Origin: an uncultured Planctomycetota bacterium | GTDB lineage: Bacteria; Planctomycetota; Phycisphaerae; Tepidisphaerales; Tepidisphaeraceae | DNA: 64,000 nucleotides | Assembly: GCA_963841915.1 (NCBI GenBank) | Contig: CAWJEN010000003.1 | Span: forward strand, 192,001-256,000 | Direction: 5' to 3' | Shown here: positions 28,844-38,996 of the stretch, in pieces | Position numbering within the stretch: the stretch's first letter is position 1 | How the letters are laid out: each line of letters opens with the position of its first letter | Notes under the pieces: model-generated | The model's input: only the letters and a program-made list of their open reading frames with translations | What the model was told of the DNA's origin: nothing | Database searches by the model: none | Translations under genes and position numbers: made by a program

Positions 28844-29698
28844 GTGCCGGGCCACTTCGACAGCATCGGTTTTCCGGCCGACGACGCCTCTGCCCTCGAC
28901 CTGTTCGTCAAGCGGGCCATGGCCGAGGGGGACCAACTTGAGGTCATCGGCGCAGATCCCGGCTGGGGTGGTCGGTACATCGGCTGGGACGCCGGCGACG
29001 GGGCCATGCTTTGGGTCAGCATCAACGAGAAGGGCGAGCGGACGAGCGTCGACCCGCATTACGCCGGCCGCGGCAGGGCCAATGTCGCGCTCGAACGCAG
29101 CTACGACTACGAACAGGCACCACCGGCCGGTGGCGTCTTCGTCTACGTTGCCGTCGGCTCCGAGGAGGAGACTAAAGCCGGCCTCGACTTACCGGCTTTT
29201 GCCCGCTTCTACGACATGGCATGTGACCTTGACGGCAACGCGCTGGTGCAGATCGCTGCCTTCTGTCACGGCGGTGAGACGTTCGACTCCATCGAGGCTT
29301 ACGACGCTGCCGTCGCCGAAGATGCCAAGGACAACCCGCACCTCAACTTCGCCGCCGAATCGTTCTTGCCGATCGGCCTCATGAGTGACGGCGAACTTCC
29401 ACCGGCGACGGCCAGAATCAGCGGCACTATTCTAGAAGTTCGCCGCCTGACCAACCGCTGGACGCAGCGGCCTTACTGGGCGGTCCTGGTCAAAACAGTC
29501 GGCATGACGGTCGATGTTGTAGCCGACGACGACCAGCTGACCGGCGAGCCGATCGTCGGCGGCATCGTGGCCGGCTCGTTCTGGCTCTCGGCCATGCCGG
29601 CCGACGGCCCCATCAACGCAAACGTTGCGGCCATCAACGACGCAACCGCCGCAGTACCGCCGCAAATCACGATCACGAGCCTCGGCGACGAACCTTGA
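28844..29698 (+). CDS. Hypothetical protein with C-terminal OB-like region
   Basis: 284-aa ORF with host-like codon usage. TAAGCT lies 6 nt upstream of the GTG. Confidence 0.65.
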   Translation: MPGHFDSIGFPADDASALDLFVKRAMAEGDQLEVIGADPGWGGRYIGWDAGDGAMLWVSINEKGERTSVDPHYAGRGRANVALERSYDYEQAPPAGGVFVYVAVGSEEETKAGLDLPAFARFYDMACDLDGNALVQIAAFCHGGETFDSIEAYDAAVAEDAKDNPHLNFAAESFLPIGLMSDGELPPATARISGTILEVRRLTNRWTQRPYWAVLVKTVGMTVDVVADDDQLTGEPIVGGIVAGSFWLSAMPADGPINANVAAINDATAAVPPQITITSLGDEP

Positions 29699-29704
29699 GC
29701 ATCT

Positions 29705-30460
29705 TCACGGCTGCAGCCGGACCACCGCTGCGATGCCGTCCTTTTCAAGCGTCAACGCAAGGACGAGCGGCCTGCCCCGCGTGTCGCATCGCAGCGTCGG
29801 GTCGAGCCGGCGGAGATGGTTCATCGAGAATCCGACCGGCAACATCAACCCGTCGACGGCTAACTCTGCGCTGCCGCCGTTGGCAGCGAACGGCTTGAGG
29901 TAGAACCATGTGGCGTCGCCGACAATCGTTTTCCTGACCGCTGTCTGGCTTCGGCTCCAAGCGATTGCTCCCAAGCCGGCCGTTGCGACGACGGTGACCG
30001 CCAAGCCGATGATCCACCGCCTGCCGGCGAACGTCACGCATGCTGCACAGGCCGCCGCGGCGATGGCGGCGATGACAACCCGCTCGTTCATCGGCCGCTG
30101 TGGCTTCCACGACAACACGCCGTCGTACGCCCTCGGCTCGACCGTGTGCACCTCATGCTCAACCGGCAGCACCTCCACGTCGAGTGCAGTCGCTTCATCC
30201 GCGAGCGTCACGAGCCACGGCGACGTTACATCCGGCGGCACCAAAAGCGGCACCACCACCGTTCCGCCTGCGTGCGGCCACGTTGTCGTCGATCCTGCTC
30301 CGCCATACAGCGTGAGCTGGCCCGTTGTTGCCTGTGAAACTTCTATCGCCGCGTACCTGCCGGGCGTGATGGCGGTGTCGAGCAGACGCAACTCTACCCC
30401 GCCGGCCGAAACGGCTGAGAGAGCGAGCGTCATCAGCACAAGCCTGAGCGACACCTTCAC
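29705..30460 (-). CDS. Hypothetical membrane protein
   Basis: Signal peptide plus two TM helices. GTGA overlap with the upstream gene. Confidence 0.55.
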   Translation of the reverse strand: MKVSLRLVLMTLALSAVSAGGVELRLLDTAITPGRYAAIEVSQATTGQLTLYGGAGSTTTWPHAGGTVVVPLLVPPDVTSPWLVTLADEATALDVEVLPVEHEVHTVEPRAYDGVLSWKPQRPMNERVVIAAIAAAACAACVTFAGRRWIIGLAVTVVATAGLGAIAWSRSQTAVRKTIVGDATWFYLKPFAANGGSAELAVDGLMLPVGFSMNHLRRLDPTLRCDTRGRPLVLALTLEKDGIAAVVRLQP

Positions 30461-32430
30461 ATCTCCAGTCGCGTCGCCAGACGCAGTATCTCGGCCACGC
30501 TCCATGCCGAGGCAAAGCAACCGCCGGGGCGGTACGGGTGCTCGCCGTCGAAGATTTCGCTGACACTCCCGACGCAGCCATTGTCTTCGAGCTGCTCGAT
30601 AAGCGGCCTCAGCCACGTGCGTGCCCGCCGAATGCTGGCAGCGTCGTTGCCTTGAATGCGCAGGTGCGCGTCGAGGAACGGCCCGATCAGCCAAGGCCTG
30701 ACGCTGCCGTTGTTGGCCGCACGGGCTCGCTCGGCTTCCGAGCCTGTGAAGCGAGGCACGTAATTCTTGTCGTCGCGAGACAGGGTCCGAAGACCGAACG
30801 GCGTGAGCAAGTGCCTGCGGACGACATCGACCGTGACCTGCTGTGCCTCTTCGCATAGGGGCGAGTGCGGCAGGCTGACGGCGAAGATTTGATTCGGCCG
30901 TAGCGTCTCGTCCCGCTCATAGGTGCCGGGCGTGCCTCTCACGACATCCGCCAAGCCGCGGCGGTCGGGAAGTATGAAAGCCTCGGCAAAAGACGTCTGC
31001 ACGCGCGCGGCTTCCTCTTCGAGCCCGAGCAGCACCAGCGCGTTGTACCACAGCGCGTTGAGCTCGACGGCTTTGCCGTGACGCGGCGTGAAGACGATGT
31101 CGCCGTCGCTGGTGTCCATCCAAGTGAGCGCGTTGGTCTCGTCACCGGCTTGAAGCAAGCCATCGGCAGGATCAACCTTGATGCCGATGTCGCTTCCGGC
31201 TTGATACCCCTCCACGACGCCCTCGCAAGCCGGTCGGAGCAGGGCGTCGAAGGTGTCGTGGTCCTTCGTTGCCCGCAGGTAGGCGAAGGCGGCATTGATG
31301 AACCACAAGCTCGCGTCGGCGGTGTCGTAGAGCGGCTCGTGTGTGCTGGCCACGAAGTGATTCGGGATCATGCCGTCGCTTGCGTACTGGGCGAAGGTGC
31401 TAAGCACCTGCCCGGCGACGTCGTGTCGACCCGTTGCCAGTAGCAGGCCCGGCAGGGCGATGAACGTGTCACGGCCCCAGTCGGTCGGCCAGGGGTAGCC
31501 TGCCAGGATCGTCGTGCCGGGCATGCCATCCGGTCGCCGACGCTTGACGACGAAGTCTGCCGCGGCCCGATGCAGCCGCCGCTGCGTCTGCGTCGGCGCC
31601 GGGTTCCTATGCAGCCCTGCCCGGCGACGCTGCTGTTCCCGGTGCAAGTCGAGCTCGGAAAGGTCGTCGACGCCGATCCAGAACGTCACGCTGTCGCCGG
31701 CGTCGGCATCAGGCTGAAACTTGAAAGAGCCTGGCAGAAACAGGTCTTCGCGGTCGTCCATGCCCCGCAGTCGTTCGAGCGGATACGTGTGCGCGTACCA
31801 CCAATCCGGCGTCGCCTCGAACGGTGCATTGTTGTCGGCCACACGGATACGGCAAGATGCGGACTGCGTCGTAACCCACACGCCGTCGGCCGTCTCGGCG
31901 ACGTGGAAGCTGGCGTCGCTGGAATGCCTCAGATCGTGATGTCGCCGAAGCGACAGGAACGGCGACAGTCGCAAGCTCAGCGGCCCGTCGTGCCCCGGTG
32001 CCGGAACAAGGCGATATGTCAGCGCCACCGCATTGCGGTGCCAAGCGACGAAGAGCGACTTAAACACCTTGTGTCCGTCGGCGTCGAACTCCCAAGTGGC
32101 AACGTCTTCTTTGAGCGAAAAACGTCGCAGATACTCCGGTCCATCACCGGCGATGTTGCCTCGCATGTGGCTGGCCCACAGTGCATGCTCCTTGGCCTCG
32201 TCGACCAGGGTACATCCCCAACGGTTGGTCGTGACCACCCGGCCCAGCGGCGGACTCGTCGCGGCGACAAGCGTGCCGTGATAGCGGCGTGTATTGACAT
32301 CCGCCACCGTTCCGCACGCGTAGCCGCCGAGGCCGTTCGTCAGTAGCCACTCGCGTCGGACGCTCGGAATGACCTCGCCGTAGGTCTCAATCGCGTAGGC
32401 GTCATCCGCGTCGTTGCCCAGACGAAACAT
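30457..32430 (-). CDS. Glycogen debranching enzyme (amylo-alpha-1,6-glucosidase family)
   Basis: EWLLTNGLGGYA, TRRYHG, AGYPW-x-x-DWGRD, LTWMD, GKAVELNALWYN and AWSVAE motifs. Confidence 0.9.
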   Translation of the reverse strand: MFRLGNDADDAYAIETYGEVIPSVRREWLLTNGLGGYACGTVADVNTRRYHGTLVAATSPPLGRVVTTNRWGCTLVDEAKEHALWASHMRGNIAGDGPEYLRRFSLKEDVATWEFDADGHKVFKSLFVAWHRNAVALTYRLVPAPGHDGPLSLRLSPFLSLRRHHDLRHSSDASFHVAETADGVWVTTQSASCRIRVADNNAPFEATPDWWYAHTYPLERLRGMDDREDLFLPGSFKFQPDADAGDSVTFWIGVDDLSELDLHREQQRRRAGLHRNPAPTQTQRRLHRAAADFVVKRRRPDGMPGTTILAGYPWPTDWGRDTFIALPGLLLATGRHDVAGQVLSTFAQYASDGMIPNHFVASTHEPLYDTADASLWFINAAFAYLRATKDHDTFDALLRPACEGVVEGYQAGSDIGIKVDPADGLLQAGDETNALTWMDTSDGDIVFTPRHGKAVELNALWYNALVLLGLEEEAARVQTSFAEAFILPDRRGLADVVRGTPGTYERDETLRPNQIFAVSLPHSPLCEEAQQVTVDVVRRHLLTPFGLRTLSRDDKNYVPRFTGSEAERARAANNGSVRPWLIGPFLDAHLRIQGNDAASIRRARTWLRPLIEQLEDNGCVGSVSEIFDGEHPYRPGGCFASAWSVAEILRLATRLEM

Positions 32431-33466
32431 CACCATCAGCGTAGCCGCCTGCAGCCGGGTCGACATTTGGCGACGGCTTCAACGACACCGCCAGCACGAC
32501 GTCGTTGATCCTGACGTCCAGCACCTTTGCCTGACTCGTCGTCAGTGCCGCCGCATCGGACGCAGCCGTGGCCTGGAATTGCCCGTCGGCAATCACGGCA
32601 AGCACCTGCCGTGTCGGCTCTGGCGGTGCAGCGATTGAGGCAACCTCGACCTGCCGCATCTCCTTCGACACGCGACAATCGGCAAGCCGGCACTCCAGCG
32701 CCGGACCGGCGTCGAAGATGTCGACGCGGTTGTCGAAGGTGAAACCTTCAGCCTCTAACACACGCCTGGCAGGGGCTGCATCGGGATGCTCAACGCCAAT
32801 AACCTGCTGTGCCGCCTTGGGCAGCATGTCGATGTAGATTGGGTGGTCCGGCATCAGGTCAGCGATGATCTTCTTCTCACGCACGCTGAGGTGATCCGCC
32901 TCGCGGAACGTGACGCCAAAAAAGTGCCTTCCTACCGCGTTCCAGAACGGACTATCGCCGTCAGGGTCGACGACTCCGCGTACTTCGGCGACGAGCCGTT
33001 CGTCAAAAGCTGCCGGCCGTGACGCGGCAAACAGCAGCCGAGCGACTGTCAACACACGTCCCAAGCCCTTACCGCGGGCCTCTGGGTGCAGGAACAGGCC
33101 GCCCAATTCTGCCGGGCCGCTGTGGTCTTCAGCCAAATGCAGGCTCTTGACGACACGATCAACACCGAGCGCGTCGCTTTGATACCGCTCGTCGCGAACT
33201 TCGTAGCTGTAGAACGGGTCGAATCCACCGGTCTTGGACTGCACGCTGGCCGTGCCGACGAGGCGGCCGTCGACCTCAAGCACGAGGACGAACGTCTGCC
33301 CACCGGGCCGATCCTGGCTTTGGGAGAAGGCGAATCGGCTCTCTTCGAGTCGTCGAGCAAGGCTTTGCCGGTCGTGGGTGAGCGTCGTGATCTCACCACC
33401 GGCGAGGTTGACGAGCTCGAGCAAGTTGTCGAGGTCGTCTGTTGTCGCTGGCCGAACAAGCACCAT
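32402..33466 (-). CDS. astA: Arginine N-succinyltransferase
   Basis: PFYSY, ELGGLFLHP, AEVRG...SPFW, LMPDHPIY and VDIFDAGP motifs. Confidence 0.9.
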   Translation of the reverse strand: MVLVRPATTDDLDNLLELVNLAGGEITTLTHDRQSLARRLEESRFAFSQSQDRPGGQTFVLVLEVDGRLVGTASVQSKTGGFDPFYSYEVRDERYQSDALGVDRVVKSLHLAEDHSGPAELGGLFLHPEARGKGLGRVLTVARLLFAASRPAAFDERLVAEVRGVVDPDGDSPFWNAVGRHFFGVTFREADHLSVREKKIIADLMPDHPIYIDMLPKAAQQVIGVEHPDAAPARRVLEAEGFTFDNRVDIFDAGPALECRLADCRVSKEMRQVEVASIAAPPEPTRQVLAVIADGQFQATAASDAAALTTSQAKVLDVRINDVVLAVSLKPSPNVDPAAGGYADGDVSSGQRRG

Positions 33467-33521
33467 GGCCGCAGTGTCGGCTTCGGTCACCGATGTGCAA
33501 CTGCTTGGGCGAAGACGCCGT

Positions 33522-34496
33522 TCAGCGGTTGGTGACGACGTTGCTGATGATCGGGCGACCCGTCGAGCTTGTGTTCCGCATCGTGTTGCTGATGGCCGAG
33601 TTCCCGACGAAACTGACGACCGGTACACGGATAAACCCGCTTCCGACCTCGAACCCGTAGCCGAAGCCGTACCCGGCGTCATACCGGCCGTAGCCACTGT
33701 GACCGCCGTAGCCGCCGTAGCCGCCGTAGCCGCCGGTTCGCGGCTGGGAAGCGGCCCGGCGGGCAAAGTCGATGGCAAGATCTGCCGCCTGCTCGGCACT
33801 ACGGGCGTAAATAAATGCAGCAGTCGCATCCGCAGACGCCACGGCGGCCGCCCGCTCCAGGGCTGCAAGCTCGCCGTCGGTCCGCAATGCTGTGCTGAGC
33901 TTAATCTTGGCGTCCTGAAGCTGCCGTGTCGCCGCCTCGAAGGTCGCCTTGGCATCGGCCACTGCTTCGCTGTTGCTGAGCACCTCACGCTCGAGATTGG
34001 ATTGCTGCTGGTCGTAGTACAACGCCTCGCGCGCCATCGTGTCGATCATCGACGCCGAGGGCGAGGCATTGTCGGCGTGCAGTTGCTCAATCTGCCGATC
34101 CATCCGATCGGCCAGCGTTCCCACTGCGATGTAGTCCGGGTTGTCAGCCAGCGAACTGATGGCCTCGCTCCGGGCGCGTGTCAAGGCGATGGCCGCCTGA
34201 CGGACGTCGCGCTCGGCGGCGTCGACGGCCGGCTGCTCGCGCTGAGTGATCGCCTCCTGTCGAGCCTCGACAGCACGATCGGCCTCGTCTGCGACCAGCT
34301 GAAGCTGCACCGCGTTTGCCCGAGCGGACGGCACCGCGGCGACAAGCTGCGTCGGGAACACGTCAGATGCCTGAGCGTCCCGACCGGTGGCCGGGAGCTC
34401 TTCCTTCCAAAAGGGTGACTGGCTCGTCGGCTGCGTCTGCGCCTTTGCGGCAGACGGAAGCGCGATGAGGAACACGGCAATGGCAACATGCTTCAT
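33522..34496 (-). CDS. Secreted coiled-coil protein with Gly/Tyr-rich tail
   Basis: Signal peptide AKA-Q, TQPT motif, heptad repeats, GGYGGYGGY. Confidence 0.7.
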   Translation of the reverse strand: MKHVAIAVFLIALPSAAKAQTQPTSQSPFWKEELPATGRDAQASDVFPTQLVAAVPSARANAVQLQLVADEADRAVEARQEAITQREQPAVDAAERDVRQAAIALTRARSEAISSLADNPDYIAVGTLADRMDRQIEQLHADNASPSASMIDTMAREALYYDQQQSNLEREVLSNSEAVADAKATFEAATRQLQDAKIKLSTALRTDGELAALERAAAVASADATAAFIYARSAEQAADLAIDFARRAASQPRTGGYGGYGGYGGHSGYGRYDAGYGFGYGFEVGSGFIRVPVVSFVGNSAISNTMRNTSSTGRPIISNVVTNR

Positions 34497-34593
34497 GAGG
34501 TGACCTTGTATCAGTCCAGACACCTTAAACGCTCCCGGGTTGCACGTCGCCGCCACTTTGTCCGGCGGCCTCACGTGGCCCTAACGTGCAGCC

Positions 34594-35631
34594 ATGCCCG
34601 ATCAACAAGCGATGGATCTGCCGTTTCTCAAGCAGCTTTCGGAAGTCAGTGGCGTTCCTGGACGTGAGGAACGGGTGCGAGATCTGCTCAAGCCGAAGTT
34701 CGACGATGTCTTCGATGAAGTATCTGTCGACGTCATGGGCAGCCTGATCGGCGTGAAGAAGAACCCCGGCAAGCCGCGCATCCTGATCTCGTGTCACATC
34801 GACGAGATCGGCTTCTACGTCCGCCACATCGACGACCGCGGCTTCGTCCGCATCCAGAACGTCGGCGGTTTCGACACGCGCAACCTGCTGGCACGCCGCG
34901 TCACCATCATGGCCAAGAGCGGTGACCTGCCCGGCGTCATGAACCCGGGCGGCCGGCCGATTCACATCGCAAAGGAAGAAGACAAGAAGAAGATTCCCGA
35001 GATCGGCGAGTTCATCATCGATCTGGGGCTGCCGGGTGATGTTGTCAAGGAGAAGGTCAAGATCGGCGACCCGGTGACGCTCGTCGCGGAGTTTAGCGAG
35101 ATCGGCGAGACCGTTGTCGGCAAGTGCATGGACAACCGCATCGCCGCGTGGGTTGTCCTCGAGGCGCTGAAGCGGGCGCCGTCACCGAACTACGAGGTGA
35201 TTTTGGCTGCGACGGTGCAGGAAGAGGTGGGCCTGCGAGGTGCTGGACCGGTCGCCTTTGCAACGGAGCCGGACCTCGCCATTGCACTTGACACAACGCT
35301 CTGCGTCGATACGCCCGGCGTTCCGGATGAAGAGCGGGTCACGCAACAAGGCAAGGGCGTCGCGCTCAAGGTGCTCGACGGCAGCTCGATCAGCAACCGC
35401 GGGTTCATCGATGAGCTCGCCGCCGCCGCCGATGCCAAGGGTGTGCCGTACCAGTACAGCGTCCTGCCGCGAGGTGGCACGGATGCCGGGGCCATCCAGC
35501 GGAGTCGCGGCGGCGTCAAAACGGCAACCCTTGCCGTCCCGACGCGGAACATTCACACCGTGACGGAGATGATCCACAAGGACGACCTGCAGAGCGCGAT
35601 CAATCTGATCGCGGCCTGGCTCGAGGCGTAG
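34594..35631 (+). CDS. M42-family (TET) aminopeptidase
   Basis: HIDEIG, MDNR, VQEEVGLRGA, GGTDAG and IHT motifs. Confidence 0.93.
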   Translation: MPDQQAMDLPFLKQLSEVSGVPGREERVRDLLKPKFDDVFDEVSVDVMGSLIGVKKNPGKPRILISCHIDEIGFYVRHIDDRGFVRIQNVGGFDTRNLLARRVTIMAKSGDLPGVMNPGGRPIHIAKEEDKKKIPEIGEFIIDLGLPGDVVKEKVKIGDPVTLVAEFSEIGETVVGKCMDNRIAAWVVLEALKRAPSPNYEVILAATVQEEVGLRGAGPVAFATEPDLAIALDTTLCVDTPGVPDEERVTQQGKGVALKVLDGSSISNRGFIDELAAAADAKGVPYQYSVLPRGGTDAGAIQRSRGGVKTATLAVPTRNIHTVTEMIHKDDLQSAINLIAAWLEA

Positions 35632-35641
35632 CAGTCAAAAG

Positions 35642-36838
35642 TCAGAGCGACTGGATGAAGGCCTCGACCCTGTCGAGGCCTTTATCGATCTGCTCCATGC
35701 TCGTGGCGAAGCTGAGCCGGACGTTCGTCTCGTAGCCGCTGTCATTGCCGGGAACGACGGCAACGTGCTTCTCCTCGAGCAGTTTCGCCGAGAAGCCGAC
35801 GGCGTCGTCGACGCCTGCCTTGGCAAAGTGCGCCGAGACGTCGGGGAAGCAGTAGAACGCCCCGCGCGGCTGAATACAGGTGACGCCCGGCATCGAGGAC
35901 AGCCGCTCATACATGTGACGGCCACGCTTTTCGAACTGCTGACGCATTTGCTCGACCGCCTCGCCGCCGCGAGGATCGCTCAGCGCGGCAACGGCGGCCG
36001 GTTGGCAGAAGCTCGTGACGTGGCTGTTGATCTGACCCTGCAGCTTGTTCATTGCCTTAATGATGTGCGTCGGCCCACCGGCGTAGCCGAGTCGCCAGCC
36101 GGTCATGGCAAAGCTCTTGCTGTGGCAGTTGAAGGTAATCGCCCTGTCGAGCAGCTCCGGCCGCAGTGAAGCGATGCTGGCCGTCTCCTGCCCGTCGTAC
36201 AGAAGCTTCTCGTAGATCTCGTCGGAGAAGACGACCACGTGATCATGCTTGGCCAACACGTCAGCCAAACCTTGCAGCTCGCTCGGCGTGTAACAGTTGC
36301 CCGCCGGGTTGCTCGGCGAATTGAGCATCACGACCTTCGTTCTGGGCGTGATGGCGGCATCAAGCTGTTCGGGCGTGATCTTGTAATCAGCCGCTGCCTC
36401 GGCCTTGACGATAACCGGCACCCCGCCCGCCAGCTTGGCCTGCTCCGGGTAGCTGACCCAGTACGGTGCGGGAATGACCACCTCGTCGCCGTCGTTGAGC
36501 AGGGCGATGCAGGCGAAGTAGAGGACACCCTTTCCACCCGGGCCGACACAGATTTGGTCGGGCGTGTAATCGAGGCCGTTGTCCCGCTTGAATTTGTTGA
36601 CGATCGCCTGCTTGAGCTCCGGAATGCACGGATTGGGCGTGTACTTCGTCATGCCGGCGTCGATCGCCTGCTTGGCGGCTTCTTTGACGAAATCAGGCGT
36701 GTCGAAGTCGGGCTCGCCTGCGCCGAAGCTGACGACATCGACGCCGCTGGCTTTGAGTGCCTTGGCCTTGGACGTGACGGCCAGGGTGATGGAAGGGGCG
36801 ACGCGATTGGAGCGATCCGACAGTTCAATCTTGCTCAT
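35642..36838 (-). CDS. Aspartate aminotransferase (class I)
   Basis: GAGEPDFDTP, PYWVSYPEQ, SDEIYE and SKSFAMTGWRLGY motifs. Confidence 0.93.
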   Translation of the reverse strand: MSKIELSDRSNRVAPSITLAVTSKAKALKASGVDVVSFGAGEPDFDTPDFVKEAAKQAIDAGMTKYTPNPCIPELKQAIVNKFKRDNGLDYTPDQICVGPGGKGVLYFACIALLNDGDEVVIPAPYWVSYPEQAKLAGGVPVIVKAEAAADYKITPEQLDAAITPRTKVVMLNSPSNPAGNCYTPSELQGLADVLAKHDHVVVFSDEIYEKLLYDGQETASIASLRPELLDRAITFNCHSKSFAMTGWRLGYAGGPTHIIKAMNKLQGQINSHVTSFCQPAAVAALSDPRGGEAVEQMRQQFEKRGRHMYERLSSMPGVTCIQPRGAFYCFPDVSAHFAKAGVDDAVGFSAKLLEEKHVAVVPGNDSGYETNVRLSFATSMEQIDKGLDRVEAFIQSL

Positions 36839-36856
36839 TGCCGCAGCGTACGCGGC

Positions 36857-37228
36857 TCAGGCGGCAAGGCTGCAGGTCTCCGGGAGCGTGGCAAAAGGCC
36901 GCCACCACGCCGGCTGCGGATGCCGCTCGGGCACGACAGGCGTGTCGAGCCGGTGCACGTCGGTCAGATGCCAAGCCCAGCCGTCCGACGTTGCGGTGCA
37001 GTGCGTGACGGTGGCCACGCCCACAAGAACGCCGATCGGTAGGTCGCCGATCTCGCACTCGATCTTCTCAAACTCGTCGGCCGGGCCCGGCGTCTTAGCA
37101 GCGTAGATGTAGAACGGCTGCCCCAGCACCGCCGTCGGCCGGTTCCGGAATTCGGCCGTCTTGACACCCAGCAGAATCTGCTCGGCGTACGGCTGGCGGA
37201 TACTCAACGCTCGAGTCGGCGGCTTCAC
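36857..37228 (-). CDS. ASCH-domain protein
   Basis: ALSIRQPYAEQILLGVKTAEFR, containing the GxKxxExR motif. Confidence 0.88.
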   Translation of the reverse strand: MKPPTRALSIRQPYAEQILLGVKTAEFRNRPTAVLGQPFYIYAAKTPGPADEFEKIECEIGDLPIGVLVGVATVTHCTATSDGWAWHLTDVHRLDTPVVPERHPQPAWWRPFATLPETCSLAA

Positions 37229-37304
37229 AGTGTCTGTATCGGCAAATCGGGTGCCTTCCTGTGCAACCGCACAGCGTGGATCGATGACAAGAACAACCAG
37301 CGGA

Positions 37305-37337
37305 CCCGAGCCGTGGTCCCACGGACCGCGGCTCGGG
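37305..37337. terminator. Stem-loop downstream of serA
   Basis: CCCGAGCCGTGGTCC-CAC-GGACCGCGGCTCGGG. Confidence 0.55.
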
Positions 37338-37358
37338 GCGTTACTTGCAACTGATACG

Positions 37359-38996
37359 TCAGTTGCTGTGCAGCGGAGGCAGCGTTACGCGCGCAACGCG
37401 ACGGATGTTGGCCCGGTTACGCAAGCTGTCGAGCAAATCGCTCGGCGGGGCGGCGTCGACCTTGAGCACCATCAACGCACGCGGCCCGGCATTCGTGTCG
37501 GCGCGGCTGATCACCATGTCGGCGATGTTGATGCCCGCGTCGCCGAAGGCCTGTCCGACGGCACCGATCACGCCCGGCTGGTCGTCGTTCTCGATCAGCA
37601 CGATCTCACCAGCTGGCACGAAATCCATCTCGAATTGGTCGATGCGAAGCACGCGTGGCTTGCCGTCGGCGTAGGCGGTGCCGAGCAGGCGGTGACTTTC
37701 GCCGCCGTCACCGGCCGAGGCGCGGACGCCGACAATGTCACCGACGAGCCCGTGCGGCGGCGAGTTCTCACGCACGCCGACAAGGTCGATGCCGCGTTCA
37801 CTGGCGGCCTGCTCCACGTTGACGACATTCGTCGAGCCGTCAAGTGCCGGCGCGAGCAGTTCGACGGCGGCGAGGCGCTTGAGCGTCTCGAGGTTCTTGC
37901 CCCCACGCTCGCCGCTGACGCGAACGGTGACGGTCTTGAACCCACCTCCGCCAAAGAAGGCGGTAAGCAGCTTGCCCTGCCGGGATGCGAGGTCAGCCAA
38001 TGCAGCCTCGTCTGGCGGCAAGTCGAGCTTCACGCCGCTCAGGTTGACCGCTCCGTGGATTTCACCCCGCTTGAAATAGGCGACGAGCGCCCGGCAAGCC
38101 TCGACGCTCACAGCCGTCTGGGCCTCGTCCGTCTGAGCACCGAGGTGCGGCGTCAGCACGATATTGTCGAGTCCGAACAGCGGGTGATCGGCGGGTGGTG
38201 GTTCTTTCTCGAAGACGTCAAGGGCAGCGCCGGCGATGCGGCCGGACTTAACCGCTTCGGCCAAGGCATACTCGTCGACCACTTCGCCGCGGGAGTCGTT
38301 GACAACGAGCAGGCCAGGCTTGGCAACGTCGTTTAGCCGGCGCTTGTCGAGCAAGTGCTTCGTATCGCCGCCGCCCGGGACGTGGAAGGTGATGACGTCG
38401 AGCTTCGCCAGGAAGTCGTCGAAGTCACCGACGATGCGGACTTTGCCGTCGCAGGCGGTTTCGCCCTTGAAATACGGGTCGTAGCCGACCACGGTCATCT
38501 CCATGGCCAGGGCGCGAAGGGCGACGGTCTGGCCGATGCGACCGAGGCCGACGATGCCGAGTGTCTTGCCGGCGAGCTGCGTGCCCTGGTACTGGGCCTT
38601 CTTCCATTGGCCACTCTTGACGTGAGCGTCAGCACCGGGGATTTTGCGGGCGAGCGCGTACATGAGGGCAATGGCGTGCTCTGCCGTGCTGAGCGTGCTG
38701 GCGGCGGCGGTGTTGACGACGAGGATGCCTTTGGCCGTCGCAGCGTCGAGGTCGATGTTGTCGACACCCACGCCCGCCCGTGCGACGGCGCGGAGCTTGC
38801 CGGGATTCTCGAGCACCTTGGCCGTCACCTTGGCCGCCGATCGGACGGCCAAGCCGTCGTAATCCTTCACCGCCTCAGCCAGCTCATCTTCCTTGAGCCC
38901 GATCTTGACGTCGTAGGAAACGCCCTCATCATCGAGAAGTTGGAGCCCTTCTTCGGCAAGTTTGTCGGCAATCAGAATCTTCATGTCGTCGGCCAT
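37359..38996 (-). CDS. serA: D-3-phosphoglycerate dehydrogenase (with ACT domain)
   Basis: RAGVGVDNID, GLGRIG, TPHLGAQT motifs and C-terminal ACT (DQPGVIG...INIA). Confidence 0.95.
   Translation of the reverse strand: MADDMKILIADKLAEEGLQLLDDEGVSYDVKIGLKEDELAEAVKDYDGLAVRSAAKVTAKVLENPGKLRAVARAGVGVDNIDLDAATAKGILVVNTAAASTLSTAEHAIALMYALARKIPGADAHVKSGQWKKAQYQGTQLAGKTLGIVGLGRIGQTVALRALAMEMTVVGYDPYFKGETACDGKVRIVGDFDDFLAKLDVITFHVPGGGDTKHLLDKRRLNDVAKPGLLVVNDSRGEVVDEYALAEAVKSGRIAGAALDVFEKEPPPADHPLFGLDNIVLTPHLGAQTDEAQTAVSVEACRALVAYFKRGEIHGAVNLSGVKLDLPPDEAALADLASRQGKLLTAFFGGGGFKTVTVRVSGERGGKNLETLKRLAAVELLAPALDGSTNVVNVEQAASERGIDLVGVRENSPPHGLVGDIVGVRASAGDGGESHRLLGTAYADGKPRVLRIDQFEMDFVPAGEIVLIENDDQPGVIGAVGQAFGDAGINIADMVISRADTNAGPRALMVLKVDAAPPSDLLDSLRNRANIRRVARVTLPPLHSN

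Noticed and set aside
33703..33735. 9-bp tandem repeat as a contingency locus
   Set aside because: It is an in-frame GGY low-complexity repeat; copy-number change would not shift the frame.
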